Of a DNA stretch of 64,000 nt, positions 31,101-43,894 are shown piece after piece. Positions within the stretch are counted from its first letter, which is position 1. Each line of letters opens with the position of its first letter. A program made the translations under genes and the position numbers. This DNA is from Takakia lepidozioides. Taxonomy: Eukaryota > Plantae > Bryophyta. The notes beneath the pieces are model-generated. The model made no database searches. It was not told the origin of the DNA and worked only from the letters and a program-made list of their open reading frames with translations. The stretch spans positions 19,530,001 through 19,594,000 of the forward strand of contig CM060734.1 in the NCBI GenBank assembly GCA_030704615.1, in the 5' to 3' direction.

Positions 31101-34100
31101 GGCATTACATAATCCAAAAGGCATGGTTTCAAACTGAAAGAGACCCATCTTACAGGTAAACGCAGTTTTCTCCTTGGCTGACTCTGTGAGGGGAACCTGC
31201 CGAAAACCCGCAGCAAGATCCAAGGAAGAGAAGAGAGTGGCACCATTGAGTTGATCCAAAGTATCATTAATGCGAGGTAAAGGATATACATCTTTCTTAG
31301 TTAGGGCATTGAGCCGTCAAAAATCAACACAGAAACGGGTGGTACCATCTTTTTTGGCAACCAACATGATGGGGCTGGCCCAGGGGGAAATAGAGGGTTT
31401 AATAATGCATGCATCCAGCATCTTGGTCAGTTCGAGTTTCATAATTTCGCGCTCTTTGACGCTCTCTCTATAAGCATACTGCTTGACAGGGCTACCTTCA
31501 ATGATAATGTCATGGTGTAGAACCAGCACTGAAAACATCCAGATTGTCACGAATGATACGATATAAACGAGACCTCTCAATGTCAGTAAGACCAGAGCCT
31601 ATTTTGATATCAGTCAGGACTTGATCAAGATGAGCAGATTGCGCAGGAGTGAGGGGACTGACCTGGGGTGCAGCGACAGATTGTGCTAAGAGATGCAATT
31701 GATCAACAGGATCATCTGACAGGCCAATGTCAGCAAAACTTAAAGCATGTTGCACCTCTCCTAAATCTGTCAATGGGGTGGCAATGAGTCGAGCGAGGAC
31801 CTGACCCTTGCGGATGGTGATAGGGATGCGTTCTGGGTTGGCAACAAGAAGTCGAAGCTCCCCTCGAAAGCCCCGATCTAGCACCCCAGATGCAATCAAA
31901 CAATGTTTGGAAAACATCAAACGTTTCCACCCCTCAACTTCAAGATAATGACCTTGTGGACAAAGAAAGGTGAGGCCAAGAGAAACAATTTTTTGGGAGG
32001 AGGCAGGTATGACAAAGTCAGTGGGATTGCGAAGAAGAGTGGTGTTACCTGGGATTGGAATGGGAGGGCCACTCTTCTTACCAGGCAAAGGTGGCTGCCA
32101 TTGATATAGGGTGAAGGGAGCCGTCTTGGCAAAGTTAAAGTAGCGTGTCCAGTTGTATTGCTCACCCACCTGCCATTTTGTTTCACCAACAAGGGTTTGC
32201 ATGTGGGAGAGATATGAAGTGGCACAACCAACAGGCAAGGAGACAGAGTTGACCTGCACCTTGTGGGGGGAGGAGCTGCCACTGGCAAGCCACATGACGT
32301 TTTCAACCACATCAATTTTTGCCCCTGCAGCACACATCCAATCCAAGCCTAACAGCAACTGTTCACCAATGGTGACGATACAAGTCAGTGTGACCGACTT
32401 GCAATTGACCTTGATGGGGACGGTGACCAAACCTAGGGGTTCATAACGTGTGCCATCTGCAATGGTCACCTGGAGACCCTTGGCTGGAGTGAGCTTGAGA
32501 CCAAGTAGTCAAACCATGGACAATGGAACAACAGACATGGTACAGCCCGTGTCAACAACACATGAAAACGAGAGGTGCCCTATGTGACATTGAGTCATGA
32601 GAGGGTGCACTCTCTCCTTCCTAAGCTTTATATTGGCTTCACAATGCATCATCTTGAATTCCTTGGACAATATAACAGAAACAATGGAGTCATCCTTCGC
32701 AGGGTGTGGGGGAGACTGACCGCTTGGCCCCTTCACAAGCGATCGTGTTCGTTTAAAGGCTGTTTGCCCCTCTATTCACGTTGAATACGTTTGTGTTCTT
32801 CAATCATACCAGGGACAAGAGCGGCATAAGTGCAGAAGCGAGTCCAGTGCGCAAGTGACCCACAAATGAAACAGGCCACACGTTTACCTTGAACCTCGTA
32901 CCGTGGGCCAGTCTGAGTGTGGCCACGATGAGAGTCAGCCGGAGGAGGCTTGACAGGTGCACCCCTCCAGGATCATTCTGCCCTCACAGCCTGAAGCTGA
33001 GTATGCAGCTCTTGTTGTAGGTTTTTAACTTCCTCCAGCACTGTGGGAGAGGCCTCTGTAGAGCCACCCTTAATCATGGCAACCCCATGAGAATAGTCGG
33101 AAGCATGCTGATGAGCAGAATGAACAACAGGCTGACAACCTTTGCCTAGTTTAGCATTCTTAAACCGCATGCGCTCATCCATCAGCTCTACCATATGCCT
33201 CTCATTGCGATAAGGATGCTTTTGTAGGTAGACTTGATCAGAGGCAGACAATCCAGTAATGAAGTAGGTTTTAAGGATGGCAGTGCGTTCAGAGGGTACC
33301 GGAATGGCCTTGACCACCGTGGTTTTCAAGTCAGTATAGTATTTCTAAATACTCTCACCAGGTTGATAAGGACGATCGGGCATGGTGTAATTGATGGCCA
33401 TGTCTGCACGACACAACTGAAGCGCCAACTGCTTGGCCACTCCCCATCGCAACTCACCCTGATTCTTGATACTAGCTTCAAAGAGGTCACGAGCCTCACC
33501 TTTGAGACAAAAACGAAAGGAATCAGTAATCATAGAAGCTGGCAGCTCATTGAATTTGACACTCATCCCCTGAATATTTAGGTTAGGCACATTACCAGAG
33601 GCCGGAGGGACCCCTTGGGTCGGACTGGTATTATCACATGGCCGTGGCTCCTCAGGAGACAAGGTTTCAGACATAGGATCAGGAAGAGCGTCACCATCAT
33701 CTTTCACATCATCAGTAAGATCCACATCATGCAACTCATCTAGTACATTTCAGGGCTCATTGCCAGACGGAGTAGTGACAGGCATTGTAGTTGGTCGTGT
33801 TAAAAAAAACAAAGTGGTTACCTTTTACTAGAGGATCGTGCAGGACGCAAACAGTTCTTCGTCTACTTTGAGCCAGAAAGCCACGCGAACTATGGAGCGA
33901 ATAAGCTTTTCCTTGGAAGCAGTGTATGTACTAGATAATCAGTACCAGGAAAGCCAGGCAAGTAGTAACCCAGTCATTCCTGTCTAAACACAAGAGCAGG
34001 GAAAATCAAAATATCATGCACAGTATGAGGAAAGCGAGAGACGGGAATGCCTGCGATATGGCCATCCCAAGTGATGTCCACATTATAGTCAGGTTATTCC

Positions 34101-35339
34101 AGGTAGGCCGCAGGTTGGCCAAGACAAGTGAACTGCCACCTTTCACCAGCTCCCATAGACGATGCGCACTGGGTAAGTTGGGCGGAAGGAAGTTCTCACA
34201 CTCGCCAGCAACCTCCCCAGCTACGGTGAATTGCGGAATACCAAGTTCAGCCCACGACAGCCGGCAACCCTTCAAGAGCTTGTCTTTGGCCTCAGGTAGT
34301 GGAAGCTTGCGGGCTATCTCCGCAGCAAAGAGTCGCTGCAAGGCCTTGGCCGCTCGGGCCCCTTCAAAGGCTTGGATACACTTCCGCCGCTGCTCTGCTT
34401 CTTCTTGCGGGGTGTGTGTGGGCTTCAGACCCTCCAACGCAACGGTCAACTCAAACTGAGCCACCCAGTGATCAGAAGGTGTGTCAAGGACTAATTCAGG
34501 GCGTTCAACCGGGGCACCAAGGGGCGGATAATCAACTTCAACCACCAGGCTAGGATCAACCGAAGCACGCACAATGCTGGCGAAAATCTCAAAATGACCA
34601 GTAGGAGTTTCCTTGTACTCCTTGAGCTCAGCGTCAGTGGAAGGATCAGAAGACGAGGCCATTGCCGCATGTTGCAGAAGTGTAAGCAGATACCGTGAAA
34701 GCCGGGAGCAAGCAAAAACACGAGCGAGAACTGAACCAGAAGAGCGCCGCCATGGTAACAGTGTCAGCGTACAGCTACCTGACGTACAAGGAAGAATGTG
34801 CAGTTAATGATTAACGAAATCCTGCAACCCCATCTCCACCAAGATTCTCGCACACCTTGTTATTCATCTTCCTCTCGGGGTATTGAGCTATAAGGGGGAT
34901 ATATGCTCGGTAAAGCAGGATAGCGAGATAGGCAGGATCCAACGCAGAGGAGTCATAATCACTCACACAGCTTCACAGCACATCCTCACTCACATCCTTT
35001 TCATCCAAAAACTCCCACACAGGCACAGTAGGGTTTCACACCAAACGTACACCGCCGCCTTAAGCGTCGTGTTGATCTCTTTAATAAATGAAGGCCCACA
35101 ATCTTATCTAACCAAGTGGCAAGCCCTGATTGGTCACCTGGATGCCATCCGGGTGTCTGTCCAGATCGGACGCCACCTCATTCTAATTTAGAGATAAACT
35201 AGCTGTTAACATAAGACAATACTTAGTTTAAAAATAGATTGTTTCCAGCTGTTTCATCCAAGCCCTTTTTCAACGGTCATCATCCAACGTCTGTTCATCC
35301 AACGACGAAAAGGTAGGTAGAAGGAATCTGGCCATTACA
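28102..35339 (-). mobile_element. Ty3/Gypsy LTR retrotransposon with asymmetric LTRs, degenerate
   Basis: LTRs at 28102-28604 and 34842-35339, about 95-96% identical by hand count. GTGG flanks both ends (28098-28101, 35340-35343). Domain order on the minus strand: extra ORF, gag (CFICGSLAHWTRFC knuckle), PR (VVDTGCT), dUTPase-like, RT (LDLAAGF, VYVDD), RNase H (QTDAS), IN (HCSLYVGH, GLDLVGP, GLTERFNKT). IN is C-terminally truncated and there are several stops and frameshifts. Confidence 0.95.
34828..34841 (-). other. Primer-binding site, tRNA-Ala type
   Basis: TGGTGGAGATGGGG follows the 5' LTR directly and is complementary to a tRNA 3' end ..CATCTCCACCA, typical of tRNA-Ala. Confidence 0.7.
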
Positions 35340-38087
35340 GTGGCATGGTGGAATAAATCAAATAGTACCTATTCGAAAATAAAATAAACAAAAATAAAAA
35401 ACAGCGACTGGAAATAGGCAGTGAAAAACATGAGCACCATAATTAGAAAATAGCTGCGGAAGAGAAAAAAAAACAAAGGTGCGGTTACAGGCTCCAGTGC
35501 CCGGCCTAGCGCTGCACCTGCAAAGAGAGCCGCCTTTCTGGAACTGCGGCGCTATAGACTGGGCGCGCGGCAGGCTAACCGCCTGCGAATCCTAGCTGTC
35601 GGTACAGTCGCGCAGCTGTGCCGGTCCCGTCTGCGTCTTGGTATTTTATTATTGATAATTAAAAATTAATATTATTTAGTAATTTGTACGTGGCGCCCTT
35701 TCTACTCATTGTGGCGTATAGAGAGGGTTGGTTCCAGGAATGAGAGCTGTCAGGAATATACTTTGGGTCCCCGCATATCCTACGGACGCCGTCAGTACTG
35801 CCGTCATGTGGGGTACCAGAACCGTCGCCGTCACGCCTGTCCATGTCCACTGATGTGGATGATGCTTCGGTTTCTCGTCTAGAGTGGCTGTGATGGATGA
35901 GGTTTCGCAACAGAGGTGTCTATCCACGTGGGGTTGGGTTGGTGTTGAACGAGGGGTGATCAGGTTAGGTTAGGTTAGGGTTTGAAGCTCTGCAAGAAAG
36001 AGACGCTTGCCCGTTCGGATTGTTCGCAGGCGTGATCGATCGCGTTTGTGTTGCTTCTTATCTCGTGTTTTGCGAAGGATCATAACAGCGCCGCGATCTG
36101 TTTTGCTTTCCATTTGTTGTGCGCATGATAACTTACTTTGCCTTCAAAGCAGCCGCAACCGGTAATCCTAAGTGTGGTTATGGCATGCGCTTGAAAGTTT
36201 ATGATTGGGAAACAAATGATCCGGGGAAAATTATGCTTGGTTCGTCAGTTGTCAAAGGTGAGAGAAGAATTCGAATACGAGGAGACATTCTGATTGACTT
36301 CCAGCCTACGCATGCAGATGTCTATCTTTCAGGCACCTCTTAGAGGCAAATAACTAAAGCTCATTGATACAGGGAGTCGTGCAATCCAGCATTGTGTCTG
36401 TATGTGCTTCCATGTAAAATGTAGAAGGTTATCTGGAAGAGAAGTCGCTTAGTCTTCTGTTTAGCCACCGATCTTCCTGGATAATAGCATGGTAACCCGG
36501 CGCTGAGCATATTTGCTTCTACAGAGCAGCTCATAGAGTGTAAGACAGTTGGCAATCGATTTTACAGCAAAAGTACGTCCTGCCTACACATCAAATGTGC
36601 TGTTCTTCACACTCCCGAATTCAGTCATTGTGTAAACTCAAAAAGCTTGGCATATTTTGCTCCCGGCAACCTTTCGTTCTTTACCCTCTCTGACTGCCTT
36701 GTTTCTGGCATGGTTCTGTCGAACACACATCAACTGTGTTCTACGCTCACGGAGTAAAACCTAGTGACGATTGCTCTGTTTACAAAGTAAGGTCTTTCAA
36801 TCATACCAAGCCCCCGAGTGACAGCGAAACGGGCGGATAAACAGTAACTCTAAGGATACACCTCCTTCGATAACAACAGTGACTCTGTACGTCCCCGGAT
36901 TTTGGCATTATTTAAGCTACGGCTGCTTGAAGATCTCCAGTTGTAAGTTGGAAGGAAGCATTGTAGCAATTAAAGTAAGTTCGACAAACAAGAGATGCGG
37001 CAGAACTGCGACAGAAACTTACAATCTGCGAAAAGAAAGTGAAGGGTCGAAGCAGGTTGCTGAGGCCCCTTCTTCGGATTACAACACTGAAATGCGGGTT
37101 AGTGATTTGAGCGGCGTCGCGTCTACATGCTGTAAAGGATGTGCTATTCATAGAACAAAAAGTCCTTAAATCCCACAAACTTGACATTCCTTCAGTCCGT
37201 TTGAAAATTACTTCGGGTCCGTGTGCAATGTGAGTTGAAAATCTTCTCTCTCCTTACTATGCATTTCTGACGGGTCCCAGGACGAAGCGGAAAACAAACT
37301 TTGATGTGTGTATAGCTAAAAGGGATGTGGAAATTGAAGAAGCTCGAATCTGGTGCAATTGTGAGACTGATCACGTATGGAATCCAGAACTTTTTCCGAA
37401 CTGGGTGTGTGGATTAAATGTACTTGTGGAGGCATCGTCAGAAGTCTTCTACTACTGCAATTTTGACAGTAACATTATACTCAAGAAATACAGACGAATG
37501 GAACCTGCAATCTGGTGCTCCCTACACTGTGTAGAATGTACTGTGGAGCCAGGAGAACTTCTCAAGAGTCCAAACTGGTTGTGGAGATTGTGTTCTAAAC
37601 TGCATGGTTGTGTGACATGCTGTTGCATACAGCACTGTGAGCAAGATCTTCTTGTTCTCGTCCTAATGGGTCTGATGGTTTTCTGTAGACTACGGATACG
37701 TATCCCAAGACTGTGATCCAAAATGGAGAATTCTATCCTCAACCGCACATCCAGGAGCGCAAAGCTGACAGGCCAGAGCCAAGGGCTGTCACCAGGAGAG
37801 CTTCTAAAATGGAGCTTGCAGCATACGATATCGATGTTTTGGTCAGTCCACACATGCAGGTATGGTTGTAGCATACATCAACTCAGGAGTGTCTCGTGAT
37901 GCGATTTAGTTCTATTTGTCTCATTGTAGTTTTGGAATTTATCTCTTATGTGCATAAAGAGGAGGGATTTCATTTTTCACCTCTTACCTACCTGGAAGAG
38001 AAAACAAAGAAAGAAATCTAATGTCCACTGAAAGCCCAAAGAGCTTGTGTCACAAGAACTTACAACAAACAAAGACAGCAGTGGAAG

Positions 38088-38558
38088 ATGAATGAAATGA
38101 AATGAAATGAAATGGTGCTTTATAACGTCCGCGGAAAGCTCGTAGAGCTTATGGGACAAAATGGAAGAAAACATGAGAGAGGAACAAATGCAGAAACCAC
38201 AATTAATGTTCTAGCGATTGTCTAAGGGTGAAGGCCTCGTGTAGGTAGGCTGCCACGCATTTTTTATCCTCATAGTGAAAGACATCAGTGAGAGTTTGGG
38301 TTCCACTGAATAAACAGTGAAATCTCCCACGGATCTCGTAGTATAGAGGGCAGTAGAAGAAGAAGTGTTCTTCAGTTTCAATTTCCTTGCTGCGCCCTAT
38401 GCAAGCTGGACATAGGCGGTCCTCCCGTTGCAGGTTTTCCCATCTGCCAGTCTCTATCCGTAGGTTGTGGGAACCCACCCTGAACCGCCCCAATGCCCTC
38501 AAGAGGGAAGGAGATAAGGGTGCTGAAAGGTAATTTGGTCTCAAGATTCTATGAATGA
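38088..38558 (-). mobile_element. 5'-truncated RTEX-like LINE with target-site duplication
   Basis: C-terminal ORF 38203-38544 is nearly identical to the intronic copies and ends in a (CATTT)n tail. ATGAATGA is duplicated at 38088-38095 and 38551-38558. Confidence 0.92.
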
Positions 38559-38871
38559 CGGAAAGAATTTAAGTATGTCCCAGGCAGGACGCCCCAGGGT
38601 TAGAGAGAGAAGAGAGGAGAAGAATAATTGCGTCTGCAGGAGGCCGAGAGGGTCCATTGGGCACTGCAGAACCAGGAGAGAGAGAGAGAGAGAGAGAGAG
38701 AGGACAGCACTTATTAAACTTGCTTGCCATAGACTTCTCTTGCCAGGTTTGGATGGAGCAGACAAAAAGACAGGAGATTCAATGGTGGCCCGGATAGCAG
38801 CTGCGGCACACCCACAACAATGGGTTCCAGGGGATTGAGTGTTGGTCTGAGAGGTTGTCTTGTAATAAAGC

Positions 38872-41800
38872 ATGATGTTGATACCAGCACTGGGAATGGA
38901 ATGGCAGGATCGGGCTGGCACGGTGATCCAGGAAGATGGATATGATCTGTGCTCTATACACACAAAGGAAGTTGATAAGGTTGAGCGACAGTTTGAGAAG
39001 GTGGGCAGGGCATTCTGTGAAAACGGGAAAACGGAGCCTGTCAATGAAATCAAGCAATGCGAGAGTGTGACACAATTTGAGAGACAGCGGAAAGAGCTGC
39101 TAAAAGAGGCTGAGCAAGTGACGGAGACAGAGGATCTGCGGATAAGAGGATATGAACCACAGCTGGATGAGGCGGCTTCACAACAAGAGAATAAACAGAA
39201 ACGAGAACAGTGGAGGAAAGAGGCTGAAGAAGAGGAGAGGAAGCTTGATCTGCAGATCAAGGTGCTCTAATGACATTTCATAACGTTTGTTTATCACAAG
39301 ATCGTTTTGTGGGAAGTTTGCTAATCCTGGTACTTATAACTAGCAAAGAAGGCCCATGACGGAGTAGCGCACTCTTGAACATAGATTGAACATGTCTAAA
39401 ATTAGGTGAATAAGCTATTCATCAAACCAGCAATGACAAGCCATCTGTTTTGGAGAGTTCTACCACAATAAACATTACCCACGGAGTCCGCTTTTGTAAA
39501 TCACCTTTAATGGCAAGGAGAGTACTCTGTCTTACAAAGCTTACATCGAACTACTTCGTTCACAAGAGGGATGCCTCATCTATCTTTCTTGTGTCCATTT
39601 GATTGCTGTCCCTTCTCTTTTATGCCCCAATCCGATCCTCTAGAACCCTCTCAGAGAAATGGTTTTCTTGAATAGCAAAAGATCTCCTCTACACATAGTG
39701 TGAAACTGAGTGCAGGAAGCACTGGACAGTCGGAAGGAGGACTTGAGACGGATGCATGAGGAAGAAGAGACTCTGGGTGAAGTTAAGAGGTCCCACATGC
39801 TACTTAGGCTGAAAGAAGAATCACAAAAAGAAGAGGAGACGATGATGAATGCTGAACGGATCACCATGTCAAGGAGAGTACAGAACAGAATAAAGATGGA
39901 GGAAGGAACTTTGATCAGGTTACTTCTGTGGCTGATGCTTTTGTACAAGGCTCTCATCTTCTGCACATCAACCAGATGGTAACTACCAAATAATCATAAT
40001 CAAACATGGCTACTTTACGTACCACCTACTGGACTCCACTGAGGTTCATGTAGGATTGGATCCCGAAAATCTTAATTCCTTCAAGCTATGGTGGTCTGTA
40101 TGCAGGGGAATGAGAATGCAGATGCTAATGAGAGTGACAGAGACAACAGACCCTGAGAAGTGTGTCTTCCAGGAGGAGGAGACAGTGATACTTGTCATTT
40201 CCATTTGAAGGGTGTCTAGGAGTTCTGCAACAGACATTTTTTAATGAATTTGCTTCTGTGGTCTCATTGCAGGAACAGTTAGAGGCCAAGGTTGAGGCTG
40301 ACCTAGCACTACAGAAAGAGCAGGTCGAAGGAGGAAAGTCACATGACACATATTTTCAAAGGGAATTTTCAGGCCAAAGACATGGGTGACCAGAGTCACC
40401 AGGAAGGGGTGAGGACAGTACAGAACAAGATCACAAGGAATTCCTTCAGTACTACTCCATGAAACCCCATTTGGATGAACGAGAGGCTTGCCCCAGACCA
40501 GACTTTCAGTGTGAACAAGAGCACTCTGCTACAAGCCACGCTGCAAGAAAAGAAGAGAATTCTGAGTTTGAATTTCATTTTCTTGTCACCAATGGGTCTG
40601 AGCCCCTCAGCAATAACCGATCAAGGGAGTCAGGCTGTGGTCAATTAAAGGAGAAAGGTGCTCAAGGGAGCGTGGAAGCATCGGAGGGAGAGATTATGAC
40701 CATGGCTCAAGAGTTCAAAACTGATCTCATGGAGGAGAAGTTGAGATTGAGACGAGAGATAATGGACAAAGTCGTGAAGCTAGTAACAAGTGTAGTAACG
40801 AGTGATATCATCAGTGAGAGTCTTAACGAGGCCCAGTCAATAAAGCCAGGTCAACTGGCTCGATCAATACAAAGGGTGATGGCAGAAGAGAGCAGACTTT
40901 GGCGGTGTGTACTTAGGGACGCAGTAGAAAAGTACCAGATGCAAGGTGTGTGCAGGAGTTGGCACTCTCTTCAAGCTTCTGATGCCTTCTTTTCCCTGCA
41001 GTTGTCTGTGTCATAGTCACACCCCTCATTGCTACAGTACCATGTTGTGTTCATCTGCCTCATGCATTTTAAACTCAATCAATTGAACGGTTAGATGAAT
41101 TCCTTCTTACAGGCAAATTTTGGTTCGACCACACTGAGCATGCATTCCTTATAGATAGAAATATGATACGTTGGCATGTTGAGCGCAGAGAATGCACATG
41201 AGACTGAAGAATGCCAGGAAGATAGTCGCTGGCAGGAAATGTAGAAACCGAGGGCATCATGACCATACTCCCAGGGAATCTTAATCGAATCCCTCATAGA
41301 GGCAAGAGATTCCAATCTGCTTTCTTGGCTGGTTTCGAGTCTGGTAAGGCTACCTTAGGATGGCCCCATTTGACATGGAAAAGCAGACTGAAAGATCAGC
41401 TATTCAGGGAAGCTCTCAGAAGATTGAGTTTAGTCAAGGGACAAGAGCGGTTGACACAACTACCTGGAAGTTCCTATTATACCACAAAGAGAAGAAGCTT
41501 TCAAAGGCTGAAGAGCAGTGGTGAAGTAGAAATCAGGGAGGACATCACTCCATCGGATAGAGACACCAAATGTCTGAAGTCATTGAATTCGACCGAAAAT
41601 GAACTGGAGATTGTCCATGGGTGCAATTCACAGGACTCCAAACCCAGCCAGGTCCATTCTACTCTAGGAATGAAGTTGATTCCCTGCTCAGGGGAGGGCT
41701 ATGAATTGGGGTCAACCAATTCAAGTGGCCAAGCAAGTCTAGAGGGAGTACAGTTGGATGGTGAAGGGCTGGACCTCTGGGCACATGACAAAGGTCACAG

Positions 41801-43894
41801 TGTGGAGGAGGTGGCAGATATCAAGCAGCCCGATGTAGAAGCAACTTGTCATGAGCCAAGACTACCAAATCCATATTTCTGTTTGCTAGACAGTACAACA
41901 AATCAAGCAGTTGTGCTCAAGATCATTGAGATAGAGAAATTCAACTTGCCAGAAAGCAAACCAGAAGCGCATGCAATAGCTGAGGATGGGAAAGTGTTTG
42001 ATGATAGGGCAGAAGAAAGAAGTCCCAAATCACGCCCAGTTCTGTTAACTTGTAGGTTTCAGGAGCCAAGAAGAAAGGATGTTGAACACAGCATCAAGCC
42101 AAGGAGGTGGCCTTATCAAGCAACAGATACTGATGTTGAAGTAAGGATGTTACAAGCTACTATAATGCAATCAGTTGAGGAGGACCAGTTGGGTGCCATG
42201 CTAGCTGAAACAGGCATTGAAATGTGTCATGAAAAGAAGACATTCTGGCAAAAGCTCAAATCTGGATGGCGGCGAAAAGAAAGATGCTCGGGCTTTGGAA
42301 GACTGGAACCAAGCTGTTCCGTTGGAAGGTCAACAATGACAGACTAGCTGAAAGTAAGCCAAGAAATCGACAAAAGAATTCACAGACTGAACAGAGCCTG
42401 AGCTCCGTTCTACAGGTTCCATCAACAGGCTCATGGTGGTCTTGTAAAAGTTCGAAGAGAATAAGAGAGAAATGTAAAGGAAGACGTGTGCCATTTAGTG
42501 GTTTGCAAGAAAACCAAAGTCTGGGCTCCAAGATTGGAGAGGCTACTATAGAAAATGAAGTCGAAACATCAAATCTAGAAATCCATGGAGTGGAGAGTGT
42601 CTGCAGGGAAATCGTTTCAGCAGGTGATTCAACTGTTTCCTACAGAAGTTTTAAACTCTTTCGAAAGAAGCCAGAAGGCATGTCTGTGAGAAGCATTCGT
42701 TTACAAGAGGATCAGAGTATGAGGACTGATATTCGAGACATCACTATAGAGATGAAAGAAGTAATGAAGTCAAAGCCAGCAATTCAAGGCTTGTGGGAGG
42801 CCCATAGTCAATTTGTCTCATGGGTGTTGTGGGGGGCAATGCAGATATTGGAGATGCCTTATCGCTTGATCAGTTCACTGTCTCATGGAGATAGGGTAAG
42901 AGAGCAAACAATTGGGCCAGATAGAGAGCCAGCTAAATTTGAAGGATCAGATGCTATAGCTGTAGTCATGATACCTTTGACAGAAGACCACCAGGGTAGC
43001 TACCTAGGAAGTGTTGGTAAGGTGGTGATGGTCGACAGAAGAAGGCTTGCTGAATTGAGAGAAGACAGTAAGGCAGTCAAGACAGTAGAGATAGGCAAGT
43101 GGCAAGGCGAGCACAAGGAGCCTTCATGGACAGGACGTAAGGACAAATCCTTGTTGGCAAGCCTTTTCTCTAGAAAATCAAGTTGCAGTAGAAATACCAG
43201 TTCCAGTTCTATTCAGTGCTTAGCAGGGGAAATTTGGGATGATGCACAAAGGTCAGAAGGAGAGATCCCTCTCTGTGGAGGCAGGGTTCTGCATAGAGCT
43301 TCCGATGTCCAACAGGATGTGGTGGCAACCAGCAGTTTGTTCAGGAGATTGAATGAATATGATGAAGCAGACATGGCTAAGGAATCCAATTTCTCATTTG
43401 GGAACTGGAGTGATGCTGTGTCTAGAGAGTCCACTGCCAGAGCCTCACTGGCTGATGCCACTTGCTCAAATGGGATTGTGGAGGCGATAAGTAGACGTCA
43501 CCTTCAGGTGGGATCTGGTGATCCAGGGTTGCGATGTTTGGTCTCTCATGAGGATGAGAGGCAGCAGGTTTGTTATGGGCCTCTGAGCCCCCGTGCTTTT
43601 GAAGTGGTTCAGACCAGCACCTCAAACCTCATCACCATTGACACAATCTCTGATGAAGATGCAAGGCGGCAGGTGTATTATGGCCCTCTGGCCCCCCGTG
43701 CTTTGGAAATGGTCGAGGGCAACACCTCAAACCTCATCACCATTGACGCAATCTCTGATGAAGATGCGAGGCAGGGTGTTTCTTTTGGCCCCCCGAGCCC
43801 CCATGCTCTGGAAGTGGTCAAGACCAACACCTCAAATCTCATTACAAGAGACATGATCACGCAGGAACTATTGGACTCGGATGGACATTGCTGA
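38872..43894 (+). CDS. Unknown E/K/R-rich coiled-coil and low-complexity protein; probably partly pseudogenised
   Basis: A same-strand chain of purine-rich ORFs (38872-39270, 39710-39982, 40459-41016, 41259-42347, 42266-43894). No family recognised; exon structure not resolved. Confidence 0.45.
43544..43858 (+). repeat. Three tandem 105-bp (35-aa) coding repeats
   Basis: Units start at 43544, 43649 and 43754. Approximate consensus SDEDARRQVxYGPLSPRALEVVxxNTSNLITIDxI. Confidence 0.9.

Noticed and set aside
35962-35983. GGTTAGGTTAGGTTAGGGTTT telomere-like or telo-box motif
   Set aside because: Too short and imperfect for an interstitial telomere, and no gene could be confidently linked to it.
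36119-37874. Several short ORFs, including a Cys/Trp-rich 136-aa ORF at 37306-37716
   Set aside because: No recognisable domain or consistent splice structure; possibly decayed gene fragments.
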